NCBI GenBank assembly: GCA_017619975.1
Contig: JAFZRH010000031.1
Span: 1,459 to 65,458 of the forward strand
Length of the DNA: 64,000 nucleotides
Direction: 5' to 3'
Source: Lachnospiraceae bacterium
GTDB lineage: Bacteria > Bacillota > Clostridia > Lachnospirales > Lachnospiraceae
The notes under the pieces are model-generated. The model was not told the DNA's origin. It did not search any database and was given only the letters and a program-made list of their open reading frames with translations. The first letter of the stretch is position 1. Every line of letters begins with the position of its first letter. The position numbers were made by a program, and so were the translations under genes. This document shows positions 36,778-44,223 of the stretch, in pieces.

Positions 36778-37692
36778 ATGGCTAAATTAGTCGAATGTAT
36801 CCCGAACTTCAGCGTGAGCCGGGAAAAAGATCCCGCCGTCTTCGACGCGCTGGTCGCCTGCGCGAAAAGCGTCCCCGGCTGCTTTTTATTTGACGTCCAG
36901 TCGGACGGCAACCACAACCGCTGCGTCTTTACGCTCCTCGGCTCGCCGGAAGCGATCGAGGAAGCCGCCGTAAAGCTGACCGGCCTGGCGGCCGAAAAGA
37001 TCGATATGCGGCAGCATGTGGGACAGCATCCCCGCATGGGCGCGACCGACGTGATCCCCTTCGTGCCGCAGACCGCGGACATTACGGTTGAGGAGTGCGT
37101 GGCGCTCTCGAAGCGCGTAGCCGAGCGGATCTGGAAGGAATTCGGCATCCCGTCCTTCTTATATGAGGATTCCGCGACCCGGCCGGAGCGCCGGAACCTG
37201 GCCGACTGCCGGCGCGGGCAGTTTGAGGGCATGCCGGAAAAACTGCTCCAGCCCGACTGGGCGCCGGACTACGGCGAGAGGAAGATCCACCCCACAGCCG
37301 GCATCACCGCCATCGGGGCGCGCATGCCCCTGGTTGCGTTCAACGTGAACCTGGACACGGACGATCTCGAGGTTGCGAAAAAGATCGCGAAGGCGATCCG
37401 CGGCTCTTCCGGCGGCTTCAAATACTGCAAGGCCATCGGCGTGGACTTAAAGGAGCGCGGCATCGTACAGGTCTCCATGAATATGGTGAACTACGAGGGC
37501 ACACCTCTCTTCTACGTCTTCGAGATGATCCGCGCGCTGGCCGACCGTTACGGCGTGAAAATCGTTGGCAGCGAGCTGGTCGGCTTAACGCCCGCGAAGG
37601 CGCTCATCGACTGCGCGGAATATTACTTAAAGCTGGAAGGCTTCGACTGTCATAAGCAGGTGATGGAATATCATCTGATCGGAATGGAATAA
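36778..37692 (+). CDS. ftcD: Glutamate formimidoyltransferase
   Basis: 304 aa. The N-terminus MAKLVECIPNFSVSREKD is characteristic of the FTCD N-terminal domain family. Confidence 0.88.
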   Translation: MAKLVECIPNFSVSREKDPAVFDALVACAKSVPGCFLFDVQSDGNHNRCVFTLLGSPEAIEEAAVKLTGLAAEKIDMRQHVGQHPRMGATDVIPFVPQTADITVEECVALSKRVAERIWKEFGIPSFLYEDSATRPERRNLADCRRGQFEGMPEKLLQPDWAPDYGERKIHPTAGITAIGARMPLVAFNVNLDTDDLEVAKKIAKAIRGSSGGFKYCKAIGVDLKERGIVQVSMNMVNYEGTPLFYVFEMIRALADRYGVKIVGSELVGLTPAKALIDCAEYYLKLEGFDCHKQVMEYHLIGME

Positions 37693-37728
37693 AGAAATAC
37701 GGGATCTTTGCAGGAAAGGATCAAAAAC

Positions 37729-38355
37729 ATGGATCTGACAAATCTGACGATCAACGATTTTATGGCCCTTTTAGGCTCCGATGCCCCCGCCCCCGGCGGC
37801 GGCTCGGCGGCCGCACTGACCGGCGCATTGGGCGCCGCGCTCTGTTCCATGGTCGCGAATCTGACTCTGGGCCGCGCGAAATACGCGGAATATCAGGAGC
37901 TGGCGGCTTCCGTGGCTGAGAAAGCCGAGGCGCTTCGGCGTGCTCTTCTGGACGCCATGAACGAAGACGCCGCTTCCTACGACGGCTTCATGGCCGCGCT
38001 CGCCCTGCCGAAGAGCACGGAAGAAGAAAAAGCGGCGCGCAGCGCCGCCATGCAGGAAGCACTCATCACCAGCACACAGTCGCCGCTTCATACCATGGAG
38101 TTGGCCGCCGAAGTGCTGAAGCTCACCCGCTCGCTCGTCGGCTGCTCCAACACCAACGCCGTCAGTGACCTGGCCGTTTCCGCGCTTTCCTTAAAGGCTG
38201 CCATGCAGGGGGCCTGGCTGAACGTGCTGATCAACGTCGGCAGTCTGAAAGACCCCGACAAAGCCGAATACTATCGCGCCCGCGGCGGCCGCCTCTTAGC
38301 AGAAAATCTCGCCCTGGCGGACGAGATCTATGAGACGGTGAAAAAAGAAATGTAA
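37729..38355 (+). CDS. Formiminotetrahydrofolate cyclodeaminase / methenyl-THF cyclohydrolase family protein
   Basis: FTCD C-domain-like all-helical protein (LGSDAPAPGGGSAAALTGALGAAL). I prefer ATG 37729 with an AAAGGA SD over the track's TTG at 37708. Confidence 0.8.
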   Translation: MDLTNLTINDFMALLGSDAPAPGGGSAAALTGALGAALCSMVANLTLGRAKYAEYQELAASVAEKAEALRRALLDAMNEDAASYDGFMAALALPKSTEEEKAARSAAMQEALITSTQSPLHTMELAAEVLKLTRSLVGCSNTNAVSDLAVSALSLKAAMQGAWLNVLINVGSLKDPDKAEYYRARGGRLLAENLALADEIYETVKKEM

Positions 38356-38356
38356 A

Positions 38357-38432
38357 AGGAACTGTGAAAAACTCCAGATCGTGTTCTACTTATCCGTTCA
38401 AGATAACACAGATACTCATGCTTTCACAGTTC
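38357..38432. repeat. Palindromic element related to the outer arms of the MITE-like family; probable bidirectional terminator
   Basis: GGAACTGTGAAA (38357-38368) and TTTCACAGTTCC (38421-38432) are perfect 12-bp inverted repeats. An inner GTGTT/AACAC pair echoes the CTGTGAAAAA...GTGT...ACAC...TTTTCACAG layout of 41524..41689. Confidence 0.6.
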
Positions 38433-38465
38433 CCCAGCGAAAACATACCAATCAAAACAATATCG

Positions 38466-38969
38466 TCAATTAAAATTCACGATATTGTTTTGTAGATTAT
38501 CAACATAAAGCCATCCTGTATCATAAAGATACATTCTTGCATATGATGTGGTAACATATACCGATGTTACCGTTGACGGTAAATACACCATACCAATCGT
38601 CACGGTACCACTGGTCTGGCTCAAGTTGTCTTGGAAGAAGTAATTTGCCTGATAATAAACAACAGGTGTCAGATACGATCCATTGGATAAAGTAAATGAA
38701 TTTATCCGAATGGCGTTTACATAATCGTTGGCTCCGAAATTCAGAATAATATTGTAAATGGTATATCCATTATAATTATTCACATACGCCAAGGTTACCG
38801 GTCCGATAAAACCTGTCGGAGCATCATACCGGTCGGGTTCACTTAAAGAAATTGCTTGGGGTTCCCGCGGATCCTCCCACATGGGCTGCGCAAAGACCTG
38901 TGACACATTGCAAAAGACAAACACTGCACAGACAAGAATTGCAAATAATCCTTTTTGCATTCTTTTCAT
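38466..38969 (-). CDS. Small secreted protein of unknown function (low-GC)
   Basis: 167 aa from ATG 38969 with a strong GAGGAGG SD. Signal peptide MKRMQKGLFAILVCAVFVFCNVSQVFA. The body is Asn/Tyr/Thr/Val-rich and looks beta-rich. A sampled line is about 37% GC. Confidence 0.55.
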   Translation of the reverse strand: MKRMQKGLFAILVCAVFVFCNVSQVFAQPMWEDPREPQAISLSEPDRYDAPTGFIGPVTLAYVNNYNGYTIYNIILNFGANDYVNAIRINSFTLSNGSYLTPVVYYQANYFFQDNLSQTSGTVTIGMVYLPSTVTSVYVTTSYARMYLYDTGWLYVDNLQNNIVNFN

Positions 38970-39001
38970 ACTCTTTCCTCCTCTTTTTGGTGCAGACATC
39001 T

Positions 39002-39550
39002 TCATGTCTGTATGAAATATTTCCTGTGGTCGGGTTCCTCCGCAACCAGCCTGACCGGAACACCGGGGCCGAATACGTTCGTGACGGCGCAGGCAAAATC
39101 ATGCAGGTTCTGCAGATAGGCCATGGCCGGAGCATCCAGCCGTTCCAGACTGTTTTCCCCGATCCCCCGATAGTATTGCAGGAACTCCTGAAACAGGGGC
39201 ATTTCCGATCGGAAACGCCGGAAATCTTTGGACCGGATCAGAAAAATCGGCGGACAGCTCTTCGGGAAAAAGCGCTTCTGATAGTCATAGAAGAATGCGC
39301 TTTTTTCATTCTCTTCCAGGATCCATACCCTGTCTTCTGCTTCCAGCATTTCCGGATATGCGGCAAACGCGGTGCTCCGATATAACTCCCCGGCTGTTTC
39401 CGCCGAGATTTCGCAAAAGTCAAAAGAATCCCTGAGTTTTTTCCAGTACCGTTCCGGATCCAGCCGGCCGATCAGCAGGTCGTCCCGGTAAAAATCCCGA
39501 AGATACTCATACCACACTTTTTGACTGGCTTTTCGCGTCACATGATACAT
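39002..39550 (-). CDS. Cytoplasmic hypothetical protein (first gene of low-GC two-gene operon)
   Basis: 182-aa ORF with an AAGGA SD and a consensus promoter upstream. No TM or signal peptide. I recognised no family. Confidence 0.55.
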   Translation of the reverse strand: MYHVTRKASQKVWYEYLRDFYRDDLLIGRLDPERYWKKLRDSFDFCEISAETAGELYRSTAFAAYPEMLEAEDRVWILEENEKSAFFYDYQKRFFPKSCPPIFLIRSKDFRRFRSEMPLFQEFLQYYRGIGENSLERLDAPAMAYLQNLHDFACAVTNVFGPGVPVRLVAEEPDHRKYFIQT

Positions 39551-39577
39551 TTTCCCGGTTCCTTTTTGTTTTTATTT

Positions 39578-39606
39578 ATTATATTCCCCCCCATCATACG
39601 ATGCAA
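39578..39606 (-). promoter_or_regulatory. Near-consensus promoter of the low-GC two-gene operon
   Basis: On the - strand: TTGCAT (39606-39601), 17-nt spacer, TATAAT (39583-39578). Confidence 0.6.
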
Positions 39607-39652
39607 CAGTTTTTTCAGCTTTTTCTCCGGGTTTTTGTTTTTTCTTTTTTTG

Positions 39653-39680
39653 TTGGGCCCTTTCATTTTTTTGCTATAAT
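39653..39680 (+). promoter_or_regulatory. Candidate extended -10 promoter of ECF sigma operon
   Basis: TTGGGC (39653-39658), 16-nt spacer, TGcTATAAT (39672-39680), preceded by a T-rich tract. Confidence 0.45.
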
Positions 39681-39838
39681 CGGATTGTAAGCCGAAAAGA
39701 TGATCCGGCCGCCGAAAGTCGATTCCGCACGGTGTCGGACTTTTAGCGCCGATATAGCGCCGTTATTAAAAGATTACGGACGATCCGTTTTTTTGCGACA
39801 TACTTAGGTGAAGGACCTTCAAAAACAGGAGTACTGAA

Positions 39839-40450
39839 GTGTACGACGAAGAAGAAAAACTAAACAGCCGGCCGGAGCGTACCGAAAAGCCGGATGATCA
39901 GGAGCTGGTGCAGCGCTTTTTTTCACGTGACGAAAGCGTGCTGGAAGCGGTGCTGCAAAAACACGGCAGCCTGCTGCGGCGTCTTGCCGCCCGCTTCCTG
40001 AGCGATTCGCGCGACTGCGAGGAAACGGTAAGCGACGTGCTGCTGGCCGCCTGGAACGCGATCCCGCCGCAGCGGCCGGAGAATCTGCCCGCCTTTTTGG
40101 TCACGCTGACCAGACGCGCCGCCATCAGCCGCCTGCGCGGCCTGACCCGCGCCAAGGACGTGCCAGCGGAGCATCTTCTGGCGTTGGAAGAGCTGGAAGA
40201 CGTGCTGCCGGATCGCTCCGGGGTGGAGGATGCGCTGCTGGCGGGGGAACTGGCCGCGAGCATCGAAGACTTTCTGCGCGGCCTGCCGCCGCGCCGCCGG
40301 ACCGTTTTTCTCTTCCGCTACTATGCTTCCTGCTCCGTCGATGAGATCTCCTCGCGCCTCTTTGTCAGCCGCTCCACCGTGGAGAAAGAGCTGCAGAAGG
40401 CGCGCCGGGATCTGAAAGCCAAACTGGAAAAGGAAGGTTATACCGTATGA
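39839..40450 (+). CDS. ECF-type RNA polymerase sigma-70 family factor
   Basis: 203 aa. GTG start with an AGGAG SD. Region 2 (DCEETVSDVLLAAWNAI) and region 4 HTH (CSVDEISSRLFVSRSTVEKELQKARRDLK). Confidence 0.85.
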   Translation: MYDEEEKLNSRPERTEKPDDQELVQRFFSRDESVLEAVLQKHGSLLRRLAARFLSDSRDCEETVSDVLLAAWNAIPPQRPENLPAFLVTLTRRAAISRLRGLTRAKDVPAEHLLALEELEDVLPDRSGVEDALLAGELAASIEDFLRGLPPRRRTVFLFRYYASCSVDEISSRLFVSRSTVEKELQKARRDLKAKLEKEGYTV

Positions 40451-41511
40451 AGCTCTGGGAAAATGCGATGAATGAAATAAGCCCCGATCTTTTATCCGGG
40501 GCCATGGAATATGAAAAAGACGCGGCCGCGGAGGCCGCGTCGAAAGCCCGTGCCGCGAAAGACCTGCGGAAGAAATGGATCCCCGCGGCCGCCTGCCTGC
40601 TGCTGGGCGTATTGCTGGTCGGCGGCGGGCTTTGGTTCAACGGAAAGAACCGCAAACCGACGGACTACAGCGCCATCTGGCAGGCGGATGAACCGCTCCG
40701 GGAAGGAAGCGTTCTCGAATCCTATCAAACCATCATCAATGACGCGCCGTATACCGCCTACCAAAGCAGCCGCATCTGCGATCCGGCTCTGGTCGGCGAA
40801 AAGCTGGGGGATGTGACGGTGCGGGGCGGCTGGTACCGTTTCATCGATGAAGGCCGGACGGTCACAGTGGATCCGGTCATTTTGGATCCTTCGATGGCAG
40901 GGGAAGACCATCTGAATGCTGAGGTTTTCGCGATCCGGGGCGTCGCGCCGAAAATTGCCGTGTGCCTTAAGTTTTCGGAGGCGGGGGAAGTCCTGACGAC
41001 GGACCGGTATTACAGCCATTTCAATGCGGGCGCCGCGTTTGGGACCCTTTCTGCCTTCTTTAGCGGTACGCAGGCGGCGGAGCGGCTCCGCCTGATCTAT
41101 GAAACGGGCTATACTTCTCTGTCTGTGGAGACCGCCTCCGCGAAAGGGATCAGCCGCCGCTCGTATTATACGGATGATGCGGCTGCCGAATCGATTGTTA
41201 AAGCGCTTCTGGACTGTGACGGACCGGCCTCGGCTGCCGAAGAGGAAACGATCCTCACGACCTGCGAAAAACGCGCTTCTTTCCGCATCGACATTGAAGG
41301 CATCGGCAACTGGAGAGTCACGCTGTACGGCAGCGGATACCTCAAGCTGGAGCCGTCCGGGATCACGCTGTTAAAGGCGTATTCGTTCCTGTATCAGATC
41401 GGGAATTCCGCCGAAAACCTGATCCGCCTTCTGGAGCAGGTCGGCACGCCGTACGGGAGGGAGGAAGGAAGCACCGTTACCGCTACCACCTCCGATGCCA
41501 GGCCGGAATAA
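40447..41511 (+). CDS. Putative anti-sigma factor / membrane-anchored protein
   Basis: 354 aa. ATGA overlap with the sigma gene, a short cytoplasmic N-terminus, a single TM (WIPAAACLLLGVLLVGGGLWF) and a large extracytoplasmic domain. Confidence 0.6.
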   Translation: MKLWENAMNEISPDLLSGAMEYEKDAAAEAASKARAAKDLRKKWIPAAACLLLGVLLVGGGLWFNGKNRKPTDYSAIWQADEPLREGSVLESYQTIINDAPYTAYQSSRICDPALVGEKLGDVTVRGGWYRFIDEGRTVTVDPVILDPSMAGEDHLNAEVFAIRGVAPKIAVCLKFSEAGEVLTTDRYYSHFNAGAAFGTLSAFFSGTQAAERLRLIYETGYTSLSVETASAKGISRRSYYTDDAAAESIVKALLDCDGPASAAEEETILTTCEKRASFRIDIEGIGNWRVTLYGSGYLKLEPSGITLLKAYSFLYQIGNSAENLIRLLEQVGTPYGREEGSTVTATTSDARPE

Positions 41512-41523
41512 AGAAGGCAAGGG

Positions 41524-41689
41524 GGCTGTGAAAAAACACCGGAATGTGTCATCCTGAGCATAGCGAAGGATCTTTCGCCCGAAGGGCGAATTCTCTTACT
41601 GTGGCATGAGAAAAGATTCTTCGACTCCGGCAGAAGCAATTGCTTTTGCCGTCGCTCAGAATGACACGGGATGCCGTTTTTTCACAGCC
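41524..41689. repeat. MITE-like palindromic element, copy 2
   Basis: Outer arms GGCTGTGAAAAAAC (41524-41537) and GTTTTTTCACAGCC (41676-41689) are perfect. Inner arms GTGTCATCCTGAGC (41546-41559) and GCTCAGAATGACAC (41654-41667) match 13/14. Internal hairpins are TTCGCCC-GAA-GGGCGAA and GGCAGAAGCAATTGCTTTTGCC. Confidence 0.85.
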
Positions 41690-41699
41690 TCCCCCCAGC

Positions 41700-42395
41700 T
41701 CACTCCATCTTATCTGACGGGAAGCTGCGGACCACCTCCCGGATCAGCCGGTTCTGCGAATCATAAACGCGAAGGCGCAGCTCGGTCGGATCGGCGCCGG
41801 AAAGATAAGCGCCCCGGTCCGCAAATTGCAGGAACATCTCCGGGTCTTCAGAATTTTCACGGCGGGAGTCTGACCCCTGCGCATCATAATCGATCGGCTC
41901 CGCCGCCTTTTCCTCCTCATAACGGAAAAGGAACCAGCCGTCCTGCTCCCCGGCCTGGATCAGAGCATATGTCGTATCTCCCAGAACCAGGTCCAGCTCG
42001 GCCCGGCTGCCCTCCGCCTTTACCGCGGCGGCGAGCTCCTTTGCCCCGGAGATATAAACCCTGGCAAGCGGCACGATATAGGCTCCGTCTGTGAGCGGCG
42101 TCACCTTGAGCATGCCGGGCGTCCAGTACAGATTCGTCCCGTACCGGCCCACGGCGAGCGAATAGATCGCCCCGTTCGCTTCTCCCAGAACGATCGCCCT
42201 GCTGCCGGCGACCTTGATCACGGTCTTTTCTTCCACGCCCGCAATCAGGCTGTCCTGCATATACGCCTTAAAGCATCCGGAAGGCGTCAGCGCCGGAAAG
42301 CGCAGCAAAGCCCACCAGAAAAAGAGCAGCAGCGCGCAGATGCCGAGGCAAAGCAGGATTTTGACCGCTTTTGACAACGTTCCTATCTTCTTCAT
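41700..42395 (-). CDS. Membrane-anchored hypothetical protein
   Basis: 231 aa with an N-terminal TM (ILLCLGICALLLFFWWALL). ATGA overlap with the upstream gene. Confidence 0.6.
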   Translation of the reverse strand: MKKIGTLSKAVKILLCLGICALLLFFWWALLRFPALTPSGCFKAYMQDSLIAGVEEKTVIKVAGSRAIVLGEANGAIYSLAVGRYGTNLYWTPGMLKVTPLTDGAYIVPLARVYISGAKELAAAVKAEGSRAELDLVLGDTTYALIQAGEQDGWFLFRYEEEKAAEPIDYDAQGSDSRRENSEDPEMFLQFADRGAYLSGADPTELRLRVYDSQNRLIREVVRSFPSDKME

Positions 42396-43117
42396 GGCTT
42401 CGCCTCCTCAAAAACCACCCGCAGGCAGAACGGCTCCGTGCCGTATTCAAAAGCGATCTCCACCCAGGGGGTCTCCGGATCGATCCGGTTGATCACGGTC
42501 AGGCCGATATACGTACTGCCGCCCGACCGGCCGGTGTTCCGCCGGAAGATGTACGGTTCTTTCCCATCCGGTGTCTGAAGCGTCAGCAGATTGATGAATT
42601 CGCTCGTCCCGTACTTTTCCGCCGGACCTTCTACCTTCAGCAGCACCATCACTGTACCGTCCTGGGACATTTTGGCCCAATATACCGAGACGGTATGCCC
42701 CGCCGTTTCGGCCGTCTCCTGGCAGCTGCCGTTTTTCAGCTCTCCCGGAATCTCCGAGAGGGAGAAGATCTTGGGAATCTGGCTGTCAATGGAGGAAGCC
42801 TGAGAGATCTTTTCCTGAAAGAGAGCGTACAGCCGGATCCCCACGAAGACCGCCAGCACCAGCGCGGTCAGCTGCAGCAGCACGATGACCCAGTTCATCC
42901 AGCTGGCCACCGCCTCCCGGAGCGCTTCGGCCGTCTCTTTCGGATCACCCATGGCGGCGACTGCCTGCTCTTCCGCTTCTTCCGGCGGACAGCCGGCCGC
43001 GAGCAGCGCGGCCTTATGATCCTCGATATGCGCCGCTAATTCCTGCCCGAGTGCTTTCCGGTCATAACGGGAAGGCAGCAGGATCACGGCTTTTTTCACC
43101 CATTCCTGTGCGTTCAT
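42392..43117 (-). CDS. PadR-associated membrane protein (DUF1700/HAAS-like N-terminal helical domain)
   Basis: 241 aa from ATG 43117 with a GGGAG SD. N-terminus MNAQEWVKKAVILLPSRYDRKALGQELAAHIEDH...AVAAMGDPKETAEAL, then a TM and an external domain. It starts 1 nt after the padR stop. Confidence 0.65.
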   Translation of the reverse strand: MNAQEWVKKAVILLPSRYDRKALGQELAAHIEDHKAALLAAGCPPEEAEEQAVAAMGDPKETAEALREAVASWMNWVIVLLQLTALVLAVFVGIRLYALFQEKISQASSIDSQIPKIFSLSEIPGELKNGSCQETAETAGHTVSVYWAKMSQDGTVMVLLKVEGPAEKYGTSEFINLLTLQTPDGKEPYIFRRNTGRSGGSTYIGLTVINRIDPETPWVEIAFEYGTEPFCLRVVFEEAKP

Positions 43118-43118
43118 G

Positions 43119-43451
43119 TCAGACTCCCATCTGAAGCACGGCGTTGACGGCGCCGGCAAAAGCCCCCCACTCCTCCCGCTGTTCCGCCAGCTGCCGGCGG
43201 CCCTTGTCTGTTAAATGATAGTAGCGGCGGCGGCGCCCCTGCTCCGTTTCCATCTCATAGGCCTTCAGATATCCGTCTTTTTCCAGCGCGTGCAGAACAG
43301 GGTACAGCGTCCCTTCCTTCATGTCAAAGACGTGCTCCGATTTCAGACTTAAGGTCTGGATCATCTCGTATCCGTACTTGTCGCCTCCCTGCAGGATGCT
43401 TAGGATCAGCATCCCCGTACTGCCCGAAAGCAGACTTTTATTAATCTTCAT
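43119..43451 (-). CDS. PadR-family transcriptional regulator
   Basis: 110 aa from ATG 43451 with an AGGAGG SD. Winged-helix GMLILSILQGGDKYGYEMIQ...GTLYPVLHALEKDGYL. Confidence 0.88.
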   Translation of the reverse strand: MKINKSLLSGSTGMLILSILQGGDKYGYEMIQTLSLKSEHVFDMKEGTLYPVLHALEKDGYLKAYEMETEQGRRRRYYHLTDKGRRQLAEQREEWGAFAGAVNAVLQMGV

Positions 43452-43477
43452 CGGCTTTTCCTCCTGAGGATATGGTA

Positions 43478-43535
43478 ATGCCTCGAACTTCGATGCTTGC
43501 AAGAGGAGTATACATCGAAGTTCGAGGCATGTCAA
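43478..43535 (-). promoter_or_regulatory. padR promoter with embedded 18-bp perfect inverted repeat (operator candidate)
   Basis: On the - strand: TTGACA (43535-43530), 17-nt spacer, TATACT (43512-43507). One arm CATCGAAGTTCGAGGCAT (43513-43530) fills the spacer. The other arm ATGCCTCGAACTTCGATG (43478-43495) lies just downstream of the -10. Confidence 0.6.
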
Positions 43536-43581
43536 GCGTTTTTTCAATCATAAGCCGATTGGGCGGCCATGGGCCGGGAAA

Positions 43582-43591
43582 GAACCGTCCC
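43582..43591. repeat. Solo copy of GAACCGTCCC core (REP-like family)
   Basis: The context GGGCCGGGAAAGAACCGTCCCCCTGACTCAC resembles the reverse complement of the terminator at 50605..50641. Confidence 0.55.
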
Positions 43592-43615
43592 CCTGACTCA
43601 CCCCTGGCTCCCCGG

Positions 43616-44212
43616 CTACTCTTCCAGTTCCCTGCGGATCGCGGCGACGACCGCGTCGGCGAGGAGCTCGTCAGCCGCGGCGTTAAAGTGCGTTTTGCGA
43701 TCCGCGTAATCGTCCGGCGTCATGGATTCTGCAACCGCATAGAGGTCGTTGATGATAACGCCGAGCGGGGAAAGCGTCTCGGCCGCGATCCGGTTGTATT
43801 CGCGGATGACGGCGTTCTTCCGCACGAATTCCGGTCCGTAGCTGGCCTCGACGATCGGGGTGGTCAGCGCGAAAACGATCTTCGCTTCGGGGAAGTAGGA
43901 CCGGAGCGTGCGGTGGATGCGGACGAGCGTGTGCGCATAGACCTCGGGCGGCACGAGGGGCTCGCTGTCCCCGTCGACAAAGGCGCAGTCCCACAGGCCG
44001 TTGTTCCAGTGGACAAGGTCGACCTTTTCGGCCGGAAGCTTCTTCACCCAGTCGCGCAGATGCCGCAGGGTGTACAGCGTGAATTCACAGTTGGCGTCCG
44101 GCTGAACGACCCGGTACTCTCCCTCCAGGCGGCGGGCCACGATGCTGCCGTAGCCCGGGCTGTTATGGGAACCGTAGCGGATCGAATCGCCGATCAGAAA
44201 TACCGTGCGCAT
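43616..44212 (-). CDS. SGNH/GDSL-family hydrolase
   Basis: 198 aa. Block I FLIGDSI, block III-like WNNGLWD, and a C-terminal Asp/His region. Confidence 0.8.
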   Translation of the reverse strand: MRTVFLIGDSIRYGSHNSPGYGSIVARRLEGEYRVVQPDANCEFTLYTLRHLRDWVKKLPAEKVDLVHWNNGLWDCAFVDGDSEPLVPPEVYAHTLVRIHRTLRSYFPEAKIVFALTTPIVEASYGPEFVRKNAVIREYNRIAAETLSPLGVIINDLYAVAESMTPDDYADRKTHFNAAADELLADAVVAAIRRELEE

Positions 44213-44223
44213 GGGAAGCCTCC

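Noticed and set aside
41394-42094. Track ORFs 41394..41639 (-) and 41606..42094 (+)
   Set aside because: The first runs through the MITE-like palindrome. The second is antisense to CDS 41700..42395 and is Pro/Arg/Gly-rich. Neither has an SD.
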